A stretch of 64,000 nt of DNA, from the NCBI GenBank assembly GCA_000934665.2, contig KZ538006.1:248001-312000 (forward strand), written 5' to 3'. Shown here one piece after another: positions 1-13,393 of this stretch; the first letter of the stretch is position 1; every line of letters begins with the position of its first letter. The position numbers were made by a program, and so were the translations under genes. Under the pieces are notes generated by a model. It did no database searches. It had not been told where the DNA came from and was given only the letters and a program-made list of their open reading frames with translations. Source of the DNA: Catajapyx aquilonaris (taxonomy: Eukaryota).

Positions 1-654
1 TAACAAGCACCACATGTTTTTTTTGTCGTATTACTAATGCTTGAAAAAAAAATCATCCATGCATCACGTTTTATAATATTAGGAATAAAACTTTGCCGTT
101 GAAAGTTTGTTGTCATGTAGGGCCTACCTAATTATCTTAGGTATAGGTGCATCCAATGTGTGTCCCGAGTGCAAAACAAAACAAAGAAGAAAAGTATACA
201 AATCTCAAACTCAAGTCACTCCAAGCCTCCATCATTGTGTTGTTTGTTGGCTTTAGTTGTTTGTTGCCTCTGTGCAGCGACTATTGCGATTTATAGTGAA
301 ACGTAATAAAGGACAAAGTGCCTCAAATTGAACTTCATTTCATTGTTGTTTACATGAAGCCTGATTATTATTGACAGACGGTGTCGTGCAATTTATTCGT
401 TTGTCGAGAAACTTCTATAGGCTATTATAGGCTATATTAATGCCTCCTGCAATCACCTGAATTTTCACGTGTATGTATTAAACATATTACATTAAATATA
501 TTGGTACACACCAATTCATCATCTTTAAAGGTGACCACGCTTTAAATACAATAATTGTGCTTTTTTCATATTTTAATTTTTTTTATTTCATCTCATTTCT
601 TACATTCAAATTACTCGTACATTATATAATTTAATAGCAGGAATAAATTACAGT

Positions 655-2689
655 TTAGACGATTCCATTGATAGAGAAACCGGCGCAAACTGAGTCCATG
701 GTAGCCATGACAGAAGATGCTGTATAGCCTGCCTCGCACATGTTCACCAAAACTTGCAGGTAACTAGTGCTGTAAGGGTTCTGTAATAAATGCAGCGCAT
801 TATTCAAGGGTGTTCTGCAATGATCTAGAACAATGAGGACAAGTCAAATGACAATACCTTTGCCAAATTGAAGCACTTGTTAGAGAAATGGGCAGTCAAT
901 GCCTGATGACACCTGAGATCAAACAGCCTCATTTTCTCTCCCAGCATTTGCCTGCTCAGGTGCTCATTGTTTGTCACTCCATCTACTATCCTCATGACCG
1001 TTTCCTGCACCAACTGGCGTCCCTAATCAAGCAATATGAAACACACTAACTTCAGCAACAATCCAAAAAATAATATCATATCGAGAGAGAGACTTACAGC
1101 TTCCAAAGCGAGCAGCTTTTCTGAGATTTCCATACGAGTTTTATCGTCCTTTGCAGCCAGCAATTTACGCTGCAAGGTGACCTTTGGAACCTCTCGACTA
1201 GGAATGGCTTCAGTTATTTTGACACTCTTATTTGATTTGGTCATTTTTGAGGGCTCTTTGCGACCCTGGTATTCTGAAACGGTCATGTCGGATATGTTGA
1301 CTTGTCCGTATTGTTGCACGTGGCTGGTGGTGGTCTCCTGCTTCACTGTGAGGTACTGTTGCTTCAAAGTCTCCTGCTGAAGATCTTCCTGAAAGTTGAT
1401 CACTGACGTTATATAGTTTGCTCATAAATATTAGGACTATATAGTTTTATGTGTAGCGGTTTTGCCTCACCTTGTCTGAATCCTCCATCCATTTTACACT
1501 GTAGACATCTCCCAAAAATGTCCCGCGTTTATCGTCCCAGTAGCATGCGAATGACGATTCGTCGGGCGAAGCAGCGGTGGTGGTATAAACTGATAACGCA
1601 ACAATAGCAAATAACGTCTGAGTAGGAAAAAACTTGCACATTGTCATGATAATATTTCAAAATATGACACCTACCGTTGATATCGTTAGGTAAGACGTTT
1701 TCAAACATAGAGCCAGATTCACATGCTTCCACATAAAAAACCAACTGCAAATAAGATTGATCAACGTGTGTTAACGTACTACTATAATATATTATTATGT
1801 AACGTGTTCATTGGCTTACCTTCCCATACATATTTTTGCTGTGCATTGTCTTAATGGCAGCAATGAAATCTTGCACATAGAGATATTCAGAAGGGAATGC
1901 CAGGATACCCACACCTCCATGGTCAGCGAAGTTGACAAACACATGGTCATTAGGGCCACTAAAACGGGATGCAAATATGAAACAAAACATTAAAGCAAGA
2001 CAATAAATTATGTAGACTTATGATCTGTAGATATGACACGTCACCTCTTTAGGACACGTCCAGATCCAATGCCCTTCACGGCTTTTTCGTCTCCAGTGAG
2101 GACGCTGATAAAGTTATTTGGATTTACATCCTGAAAGAAAATGGAAGCGTCACATAATAATTCTACAAGTACTGTATAATAGTCATAGAGCACTTACTTC
2201 GCCTGTGTAATCATTTATGACTCCTTTATACACGTCTGTTCCATTGGGTTTGTTGATAATAATTCCTGGAGTCGGATTCCTAAAATAAAAGAAATTGCAT
2301 GTCAATTGGTAGTCCGCAATACATCAGAAGGATTATTTTGAACTTACTCCTCATTTTTGGCAATATCGTCGTACATCATGACAATAATGTTTTCATCGGG
2401 TATTCCGTGGGAACTCACAACCTGATATGCGTGGCATATGTCGGCCTGAAATCATTTTTTAAATTAGTAAAGTGCTATTTGTTAATTTGGCTTGACTCGG
2501 AAGGTGGACAAATACCTGATGACGATAGTTGCCCCAAGTGTTGGATCCAGCAACAAGAACAGCCCAAATTTTTCCATCACTTTCTTTAGGCACACCGCTC
2601 AAGAAGGTGTCAAAGTTCCTTTCGAGTCGAAAGGACGAACCAAAGGTGGCCAAAGCCAGCAATAAAATAGACAGTGCAGAAGTATACAT
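655..2689 (-). CDS. LGMN: Legumain / asparaginyl endopeptidase (peptidase C13), 10 coding exons
   Basis: Exons 2689-2516, 2445-2348, 2279-2198, 2130-2045, 1958-1820, 1744-1675, 1589-1471, 1388-1098, 1022-858, 780-655, all GT-AG and in frame. Signal peptide [36 protein letters not shown]; catalytic His in FADHGG and Cys in [22 protein letters not shown] at 657-655. Confidence 0.95.
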
Positions 2690-2831
2690 GTTGTGCCGCA
2701 ATTGATTCTGCAATAAGGTTAAATGTTTTAAAAGATTGCATGAAGCTGAACTTATAAAGGAGAAAGCTCCTTACCTGTTATAATATCCTGAAGTCTCGGA
2801 TGAATAGTGTGATGCATATGTTTGTCCCTTG

Positions 2832-2839
2832 CTTTTATA
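2832..2839 (-). promoter_or_regulatory. TATA box (TATAAAAG) of legumain, upstream of a short non-coding exon 1 (donor at 2774, acceptor near 2708)
   Basis: Plus-strand cttttata reads TATAAAAG on the minus strand; a CAG|GTAAG donor lies ~60 bp downstream. Confidence 0.55.
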
Positions 2840-4144
2840 CAGATGTATCCCACGCAGGATGTCAAAAACCACTTGAAATTTTTTGACGTGCTTGATTGAT
2901 ACCTTGGCCTATACGATCAGGGCATATCTTATTTTCTTCATCCCTTCCGGCGGGATGAACCTTTAAGTGATTGCTTATTGTTTGTTGTCTGTGATTGATA
3001 ATGATAGGTGTCTATGATTTGCTGTTGTTTGACTGATTAAATTTGTGAAAAACCCACACATTGCACTGTCGCAATGCCGTATTGGCAATTATTGGTGACA
3101 TAAACAAGTAAAAGTCATTAATCGCACCTACACTTTGAAACCAGATCGTTCCCTGCGACCTCAGAGGTGATTCAGATGCAATAGAAGATAATAAGAATCA
3201 ATCAATTTTATTTAACCTCCGTGTCTGGGGATAAAAGACAATTCACGCTCTTTTTTTTGAATCGTAGTGGATTTAGGACCACAGCAATGTTTACTCTGCC
3301 TATATTAACGTCAAATATGAGTGAAGAAGAAATTAACAACGGGAGTAATTTTTCACATATTGATAATTATTTGAGGACGCATATTAGGTAGAGAGCCTTA
3401 ATATTAGTTATAGTCAACAATAAAGATGGCTGGAAATACCGTAACGAAATTAATATCAGGACATTGTTGCGTTTATGATAGTTTCCAAGAGGAAATAATA
3501 ATAATTTATGGCTGTAATTAATGAGTATCAGCCTTTGGTATCAGCATAAGGTGACGTAGGCCTACATTCATTGTCATATTCCAAGTTAATACTCAAAATA
3601 TTAACAATTGTAGGGGCAAAGGGCACGAAGGCACTACTGTAACCTACAGCGCTACAGGGTGGTGCACTCAAGCTTATTCTTATAGGGGGGGGCTAGATAT
3701 CACGGAATGTTCACCCCAGCAACCCACAGCAATCAGTATTGTATTATTACTCCAGCAATGCAGTCAACAATCGTAATTCAAAAAATTCCGCCATAAAAAG
3801 TATCATGCAAGTAGTTCTAATATACGCCGTAAGATGCCACTAGTTGACTTAAAAGACTACCAGCACCATCTAGCTTCCAATAATTGAAACAGATGACAGG
3901 CTAGTTTACACATGCAAGGTGGTTCCACCATGCGCATGCTCCAAATATGCATTTCGCACCCTGATTGGTTATTATTCGACACATCGTACTTTCCATTGGT
4001 TTGACTGATCCGACGCTGGATGGTTTAAACTGCCTGGATGAGTCCTCCATTTTCATCCATTTAGAACAGACGAGAAGAGAAAAAAGAAGAAGCCTTGGGA
4101 TGTTGAGCGTGGCAGCAATGACCGGGGAATCTGCCGCGGAGAAG

Positions 4145-5938
<1,794 letters not shown>

Positions 5939-6679
5939 AGGACCTGGGGGTCAATGCTGCAGCTCCCTCCTCTTAACTTTTTCCTACACATTTGAAGCTT
6001 AATTATTATTATTCTGATCAATAAATAAAATCCAGTTAGTATACCCACATTGTTCAATATATTGTCATGCACTGCGCAGTAGCGAAATTACGGTAAATCG
6101 GCTCTGTAGCTATAGCTGTTGAAGTGAGCCTATGGGAAGGTTGTACAACAATGGAAGTCAATTGTTGCCCTCTCTCCAACAATCCCCGTCCTGTTGGCAA
6201 GCTCAACATGTGAACCTGACTCTCCTTGAGCCTCGTATCCCTTAGTACTTATAAGTGAATGTTGGATTGGCCAGGTCCCCATTGGCTGCTGGTAATGGTC
6301 GTATGAAATCATGGATTTCAGATGTATTATACCAACTGCCTTCCGTTAGGGAAGCTGTGGTTTGCTCCGGACATCTGCTTCCAGGGTGACCCGCTTTTTA
6401 GTTGGAGGCTTATCTCTCAGGATGTGTAGGTGTAGGCAGGGTGGAAAAAGGCTACACGTGACAATATCCCGAAGGTCAAACACTTTTTTTTGCAGATTTG
6501 CCATACTTGACTCATCTGAGCAATTCAGCAATTTTCCAGGGTGTGTCGGATGTCAAGCTTTGTTCTTATCAGCAGCAAGCAGGGAAAAACATCCTCATGC
6601 AGTAGGCAGGCAGCTTGAAACAGTAGCAGCAGTGCCTTCCTCGCAACAGCATAAAAGGTTCTTGGATAGCGTTAGCATC

Positions 6680-8371
6680 ATGATGAAGATCCTTGTGATA
6701 TGCACTGTCCTGTTGTGTGCAAGTGAGTATTTTGCCAATTACTTTTTACGCCATCCTTACGACTATTAAGTAGACAGGCAATTTTATTCGCTAATATCGT
6801 ACTTTGGCTTATTAAAATTACTTTGGCTTATTAAGACAGTAGTTGTCTTCCCAGAGTGTGATTTGCAATTATTTTTAGCAGCCAGCTCAGCCCAGACTAT
6901 TCCGCAATGCATATGGAGCATCCCCCGGCAGATCGCTCAGCTTGACGACCCAAGTGTCACCCTGGTACAGCAATGCAAGTAAGTTGGGATTTCATGTCTG
7001 TCGCATTTCATTTTTACAATAAAAATTGCTGGGTTTTTGGCATCAGATAATGAAAACAGGCATCTAATTGGCACTAACGAGATCGAGGGGTTATTCACTA
7101 AGGGTAGTCCTTGTATACCTTTTTAAGTAGTCCGAGATAGTCCGGGTAGTCCATGTAAGCAAAAAATGTAAGTGAATAAGCCCTCGAACAAGATATGGAA
7201 AGAACAACAACAACAACAACATCACGACATTTCCCTATGAGGGGTAGTCAGCGATGAAGGGAGACGCAAGCTAATCCAACATATGAACTAATAAAACTCA
7301 TGAGAATAAACCTAAAAACAACCTGTCCCACCCCCCACCCCTGCCCACCTCAGACATCACCTTATCCTCAGACATATTTACCTATTTACCCATCTGCGAT
7401 ATTATGCTGCGATTATTATTTACCAATAAAGAACATGTAATGAATAATAAGTAATCAGTGTGCATGTTCTTCACCATCAGGATTGCTCGAGATATGTTGA
7501 CCTGTGTGGATGAAGCTGTGGAGAACGATTACATTCCTGTACAAGTCAAATTCTTGTACAACAACATGGTCAGGTCACCAGTTTGGAATGAAATTCACGT
7601 GAGTTCGCTTTCATATGCAAGTATTTTTGTCTCTTTAGAAAGTTTTCAGTCAAACTTCATTGCCACATTTTTACTTAGCACTTTGTAGCCGAGCACTGCG
7701 TGAACTGGTGCTCAAAATGAAGATTATTCCCATTTCCCAAAAAATTGGCGTTAACAATTTACGTACTTAGAACTAGTGTATACTTTTTTTACAATTTGGG
7801 AAGGGGGAATAGTTGCACAGCGGTAATATTTCTTCCCACCCATTCGATCCCGGCCCAAGTTTTTCTTCCTGTTATTGTCTGGATAAGCAAGTAAGCTAAA
7901 CCAAAGCACGTGCAAATCAGTAAACTCCACCACAATGCTGTTACTATGCCCAAACAAGCAGGATTGAGGAATTTGACACTGCTGTGATGAACTCATGCAG
8001 GATACATTACTGCAACTCAGCAACTAGTGCCCTCCCACTCATTTTCCAGGATGACACATTCATTTTCTCCCCCATTCTTGTGTGGCTCGTGGACACTCTT
8101 CCTACCCATTGCCATGTCTATTAAATTCTGCACCACACACGATTTTTCTGGCAGTATGATTCAGGCCGACTGCTTCTTAACAAGTGTTGGCAATTTGCAA
8201 GTCCGTAGCCAAAATGTGGTCATGAAAGCAATCCAGTATCACGTAACAGGTTCTTGCTCTTTCCAGGAATCATGTGGTGTGGCTTATGGAGGAGCAGCAG
8301 CTTCACCCACGCCATTGATGCTCATCTTGCCACTGGCTCTGATGCTGCTCTGGCGAAATCTGCAGCACTAA
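6680..8371 (+). CDS. Unrecognised small secreted, probably GPI-anchored protein, tandem copy 1 (~121 aa)
   Basis: Exons 6680-6722 (MMKILVICTVLLCA), 6879-6978, 7481-7598, 8267-8371 (ESCGVAYGGAAASPTPLMLILPLALMLLWRNLQH*). Intron phases 1, 2, 0 join into one ORF in all three copies. AATAAA near 8622. The exon 3 to last-exon junction is inferred. Confidence 0.7.
7083..7187. mobile_element. ~100 bp MITE-like element with 17 bp terminal inverted repeats in intron 2 of copy 1
   Basis: tcgaggggttattcact ... agtgaataagccctcga (1 mismatch), with internal gtagtcc repeats; present in all three gene copies. Confidence 0.6.
7207..7427 (-). mobile_element. Retroposon-like insertion specific to copy 1
   Basis: Absent from copies 2 and 3; flanked by 8 bp direct repeat aaagaaca (7199-7206, 7428-7435); (CAA)n run at left end is a (TTG)n 3' tail on the minus strand. 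Confidence 0.65.
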
Positions 8372-9473
8372 AGTGTGTCGCAGATGTGTTCATTTTTACT
8401 CGGAAGAATGACGCAAGAGTGATTCAAGATGCCACGTTATGAATATTCAGAATGCAAGATTTTGCAGTGTTCAGTTTATCCAGTTCAAATGCATGTTGAC
8501 GGAAGTCATGCACATGCTCACCCTACCTGATCTTCAAGTGCAGGAGCTTAGGGTAAGACGGGCAGATATCTCAGCCTACTTGTGAGACACAGGGTACATA
8601 TGCATACTCGGATAAGTTTTTAATAAAAAAGCCTTACAATATTTGCACTTCATTTTGTTACTACCTCATACCGATTTGATCTAATTGTGCTCATTTATTT
8701 CCCGAGCTTACAATGCTGTCCACTTGAGCATTAGTATTGTCTGGGTCTGGGTCAAGTTGTGAAGTTTGTGATTTTTAATTATAATTGAATTATAATTGGG
8801 GGGGGGGTTAGTGCTTCCACCTCCAAATGGGCGTATTATCACACAGACCTTTATTTAGTCATGTGTGTACATTTGGAACCTATTTTTGAAGCGCCCGGGC
8901 CCACGGGCAGGATGACAGGTGGGGATGTGCAAAGTGCAGCGCGCTGTCGTGGGTGAGGTCATTTTCTTCTTCAGTTAAAATCAAGTTCCAAAGTTTTTTC
9001 TTTGGGATCCAGCATGTAAGCTAAAAAATGAGCTGGTGTCAGAGCCATTTTATATCTGTTTGTGAATTATTTTTTTTTGACGTCTTTGTTTTTAAGCTTC
9101 AATTTCCATTTGAAGCTTCTTCCACACATGTACTGACTCAGAAAATAGTGCAGTTGTTTTTCTGCACACCATCGAGGGCAATCACAATAGCCTTCAAACA
9201 ATTAAGCATATACTCTACATTTCGTTTCAATACAAAATTAGAAACTTGTGTTTGCACTGCTTTATCAATAGTTTCACAATTTTCTTCACAAATTTGTAGC
9301 AAAGTCGTCCAGGCAAGCTACCATGGTATTCCAAAGCACTTCACTTCGGATAACAAGTTTTGGGGCACCAGATTTTCTGTAACATGCATAAGCAAAGTGG
9401 TTGTTTCTGAAGTACTTGATTACATTTAGCACATGTTTTTTTACATTTGGAAACTGAAAATCATTTGCTAGCA

Positions 9474-10104
9474 CAGCGGTTCCCAAACTTTTCTGAAGCG
9501 CAATCCACTATTTACAACAACTAATTTTCGCGACCCACCTAACTGGGGTGGGAGTAATATAATAATAATTTACCCCGTGATAGAGCCATTGGCTCTCTTA
9601 GGGGGGGAGTTCATCCCATTTTTTTTTTTGTCAGGAACTCTTTGCTTTTTACTTTTTGCTTCGCTTTTTAGGAAGGGATAGGGATGGAAGGAAGCGGCTG
9701 TGGCCTGTTAATTACGGAAACAACTCCGGAATTTTCCTGGAGGGACCGTGGGAAACCACAGAAAACCACGGTCAGAGTTGCCGGCCCCGGGATTTGATCC
9801 CAGGACCTCCCGATTAGCAGTCTGGCTCCTTAACCCCTACACCAACCTGCTTCGGTTAACTGGGGTGGGAGTATGTAGTCTATAACTCTTATCGTCATCA
9901 TTATTAGGCCTACTACGTTTTAAAATATACTGTATAAATGGAATATAATTTTCCCACCACGCCTATCCCTATAGAGCTTAGCATAATTATGCCATAATAT
10001 ATTATGGTGCTCATTTCAGGTCTTCATACTAATAATGCAAATTTTTCTAATTCTTCTACGCCCCACCAGAAATCGTCTCGCGCCCCACACTTTGGGAACC
10101 GCTG
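9474..10104. mobile_element. hAT-type non-autonomous element (MITE)
   Basis: TIRs cagcggttcccaaa ... tttgggaaccgctg; perfect 8 bp TSD tgctagca at 9466-9473 and 10105-10112. Confidence 0.9.
9557..9856 (-). mobile_element. tRNA-derived SINE, apparently full length
   Basis: Minus-strand head accgaagcaggttggtgtaggggttaaggagccagactgctaatcgggaggtcctgggatcaaatccc has A-box and B-box-like motifs; (ATT)n tail; 17 bp TSD taactggggtgggagta at 9540-9556 and 9857-9873. Confidence 0.88.
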
Positions 10105-10250
10105 TGCTAGCAGATAATTTAGTACACATGTGCTGAGCATCCATAAGTTATGAGTTATGACATCCAAATCCCCATGATTTTCAGGAAAAAAGACACATTT
10201 TTTGCAACGTTGGCAGCATTATCTGTAACAACAGAAACCTTGCGCTTTAA

Positions 10251-10512
10251 AGGGACACTCCACTCAAAATGCAAGTTGGGCTCTAAAAATCGGGCAAAAA
10301 ATCCTGATTCCGAAGGTGCAATCGGTTTTTTTCTACGCGGAACAGAAAAGCCAGGACGAGGCGTTAAAGACTCAGAATTTGCGTCGTCTGCTAATGAGCT
10401 GCCCCGCCAGCCCAGTCCGCCACCGCCGTGAGCGCCGCCACTGGGCGCTAGGCGAAAGTGTTTAAGTTCTGAAAGTCGGGTCGGGTCAAGAGGTGGCGGG
10501 ATAAACCTGTGG
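10251..10512. mobile_element. Possible left end of a Kolobok-like DNA element, cut by an assembly gap
   Basis: TTAA (10247-10250) followed by agggacactcc, exactly where transposase similarity stops; no matching right TIR before the N at 10513. Confidence 0.35.
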
Positions 10513-10513
10513 N
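10513..10513. other. Ambiguous base or assembly gap (N)
   Basis: Literal n in the sequence. Confidence 0.95.
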
Positions 10514-10683
10514 GGAGTATACAGTGGAATCCTGCCTCTAATACTATTTTGAGTACACAAAAGCGATTTTACCGTAAACCGTACATGTCATTACCGTACA
10601 CCGTACAAAGGAGTAAATTTTACCGTCCGCTCCCACATCAATTACCGTACAGGTTGGCAACGTTGTAATGTTGTATGTTAAAG

Positions 10684-10711
10684 GGGGATTTCCCGTGGAG
10701 TGGGGATTCCC
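10684..10711. promoter_or_regulatory. Pair of NF-kB/Rel-type sites upstream of copy 2
   Basis: GGGGATTTCC (10684-10693) and GGGGATTCCC (10702-10711), ~340 bp upstream of ATG 11050. Confidence 0.55.
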
Positions 10712-11049
10712 CCTTCAGCTCTGGAAGGGAAATTTTTAGAAAAGTAATTGGGATTACTTTTCAGTTTAAAAACCACTTGATTTAAACCGTGGTTTAAACC
10801 AACGTGGTTTAAATAGCAAGTGTGGAAAAAGACTATACGTGACAATATCCCCGAGGGCCAAGCACTTTTTTTTTTTTTTTTGTGCAGATTTGCCACAGTA
10901 CATGACGCATCTCAGAAGTGTCAAGAATTTTCCAGGGTGTGTGGGATATATGTGAAGCTTTGTTCTTGTCAGTACTTAGCGAGCGGGAAACAGTAGCAGC
11001 AGTGCCTTCCTCGCAACAGCATAAAAGGTTCTTGCTTAGCGTAAGCATC

Positions 11050-12491
11050 ATGATGAAGATCCTTGTGATATGCACCGTCCTGTTGTGTGCAAGTGAGTGT
11101 TTTGCAAATTACTTTTTACGCCTTCCTTGCATCCTTACGGCTATCAAGTAGACAGGCCATTTTATTCGCTCAAAACGTACTTTGGCTTATTAAAACAGTA
11201 GTTGTCTTCAGAGTGGGATTTGCAATTATTTTCAGCAGCCAGCTCAGCCCTGAACATTGCGAAATTGATAGGGAGCCTCCGCCAGCAGACCTGTCAGCTT
11301 GAGGACCCAAGTGTCACCCTGGTACAGCAATGCAAGTAAGTTGGGATTTCATGCCTGTCGCATTTAATTTTTACAATAAAAATTGCCTCTCTTTGAAATC
11401 CATTGATTTCAGCTTTTAAGGCATCAGATAATGAAAACTTGCATCTAATTTGAACTAATGAGATCGAGGGGTTATTCACTAAGGGTAGTCCATGTATACC
11501 TTCGTAAGTAGTCCGGGGTAGTCCATGTAAGCAAAAAAATGTAAGTGAATAACCCCTCGAACGAGGTAGTGAAAGAACAGGTACGAGTTGAACATGTAAT
11601 GAATAATAAGTAATCAGTTTGCATATTCTTCACCATCAGGATTGCTCGAGCTGCGTTGACCTGTATGGATAAAGCTATGAAGTGCAATTATGTTCCTGGA
11701 CACATCAAAGTCTGGTACAACCACATGATCACGCTACAGGCTCGGAATGAGACCCATGTGAGTTCACTTTCATATGCAAGTATTTTATCTCTTTAGAAAG
11801 TTTTCAGTCAAACTTCATGCCACATTTTTACTTAGCACTTTGTAGCCGACCACTGTGTGAACTGGTGCTCAAAATGAAGATTATTCCCAAAAAATTGGCG
11901 TTAACAATTTACGTACTTAGAACTTGTGTATACGTTTTCTTACAATTTGGGAAGGTAGCCCTGGCCCGGGTTTTTCTTTCTTTACTTGTCTGGATAAGCA
12001 AGTAAGCTAAACCAAAGCACGTGCAAATCAGTAAACTCCACCACAATGCTGTTACTATGCCCAAACAAGCAGGATTGAGGAATTTGACACTGCTGTGATG
12101 AACTCATACATTACTGCAACTCAGCAACTAGTGCCCTCCCACTCATTTTCCAGGATGACTAATTCATTATCTCCCTCAATCTCGTGTGGCTCGTGGACAC
12201 TCTTCCTATCCATTGCCATGTCCATTAAATTCCGCACCACACGCGTTTATGATTTTCCGTGGTAGTATGATATGGGCCGATGATTGCTTCTTAACATGTG
12301 TTGGCAATTTGCAAGTTCGTATCAGAGAGTAAAGCCAAAATGTGGTCATGAAAGCGATGTAGTGTCACGTAACAGGTTCTTGTTCTTTCCAGGAAATGTG
12401 TCGCGTGGCTTACGGAGGAGCAGCAGCTTCACCCACACCATTGATGCTCATCTTGCCACTGGCTCTGATGCTGCTCTGGCGAAATCTGTAG
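11050..12491 (+). CDS. Unrecognised small secreted, probably GPI-anchored protein, tandem copy 2 (~119 aa)
   Basis: Exons 11050-11092, 11236-11335, 11640-11757, 12393-12491; same intron phases as copy 1; open frame ending LMLILPLALMLLWRNL*. Confidence 0.7.
11464..11560. mobile_element. MITE-like element with perfect 17 bp TIRs in intron 2 of copy 2
   Basis: tcgaggggttattcact ... agtgaataacccctcga. Confidence 0.6.
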
Positions 12492-13393
12492 GACTAAAGT
12501 GTATCGCAGATGTGTTCATTTTCACTCAGGAAAATTAAGCAAGAGTGATTTAAGATGCCATGTTATGAATATTCAAAATGCAAGATTTTGCAGTGTTCAG
12601 TTTATTCAGTTCAAGTGTATGTTGATGGAAATCATACACATGCTCGTTTCCCTGATCTTCAAGTGCAGGAGCGTAGGGTAAGATATCGCAGCCTACTTGT
12701 GGGACACAGGGTACATATGCATACTTGGATTAAGTTCGTAATAAAAGCATTACAATATTTGCACTGCATTTTGTTACTACCTCATACCGATTTGATGAGC
12801 TCATGTATTTTCCGAGCTTACGATGCTGTCCACTTGAGCATTAGTATTGTGTGGGTCTGGGTCAAGTTGTGAAGTTTGTGAATTTGAATTATAATTCAAT
12901 GGCAAAACCACATTTAAAAAAGTAATTACTGACATCATTAGCTTTTAATCATGTATATTTTAATGCTTCATCATTAACCTAAATGCACATACTATACACA
13001 GAAATCCTTCACTCCTTAACCATTACTTATTTGGAATATTTTCCGGAGTTTCGCACCTGAACAGTCGGGAGCCTCACCCATTTAATTTCAGATGACAAAT
13101 GTAAACAGAAATTATGACATTGCATTGCATTGCATTTAAAACCGATGTAATGAACCCAAAATTATTTTTCCCTCTCATGTTCAGGAGCTTATAAAGCTAA
13201 AGTACTTCAACTATAGATCTTAAACTTAAATCTTAAGACTGAAACTTCCACCAACACACACATTTGTCCACGTATGATTAAATTAGTCAGAGCTGATCGC
13301 ATATTTTCATTCAGGAATCATTGTGCTCATGTCAACACAACACAGTAAATACAGTACTGGCATTATCTGAAATCCAGGATATCGAACCCTTCC

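Larger units (their letters stand above)
8960..10245 (-). mobile_element. Degenerate hAT-superfamily transposase remnant, interrupted by a MITE
   Basis: Minus-strand peptides VVTDNAANV, ITYGCSAH, VKKHVLNVIKYFRNNH...WNTMVACL and ALTPAHFLAYMLDPK match the hAT transposase DDE-core pattern; contains frameshifts and stops. Confidence 0.8.

Noticed and set aside
6130..6440. Possible LINE reverse-transcriptase remnant (near-YKYLG word on the minus strand)
   Set aside because: One imperfect motif containing a stop; not enough support without a BLASTx search.
6650..6657. CATAAAAG as TATA box of the small gene (present in all copies)
   Set aside because: Only ~25-30 bp before the ATG, leaving almost no 5' UTR; the TSS is unknown.
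6879..6978. Alternative exon 2 frame (PPADLSA-type) with a shared TGA, considered as selenocysteine
   Set aside because: Incompatible with the flanking intron phases; no SECIS recognised.
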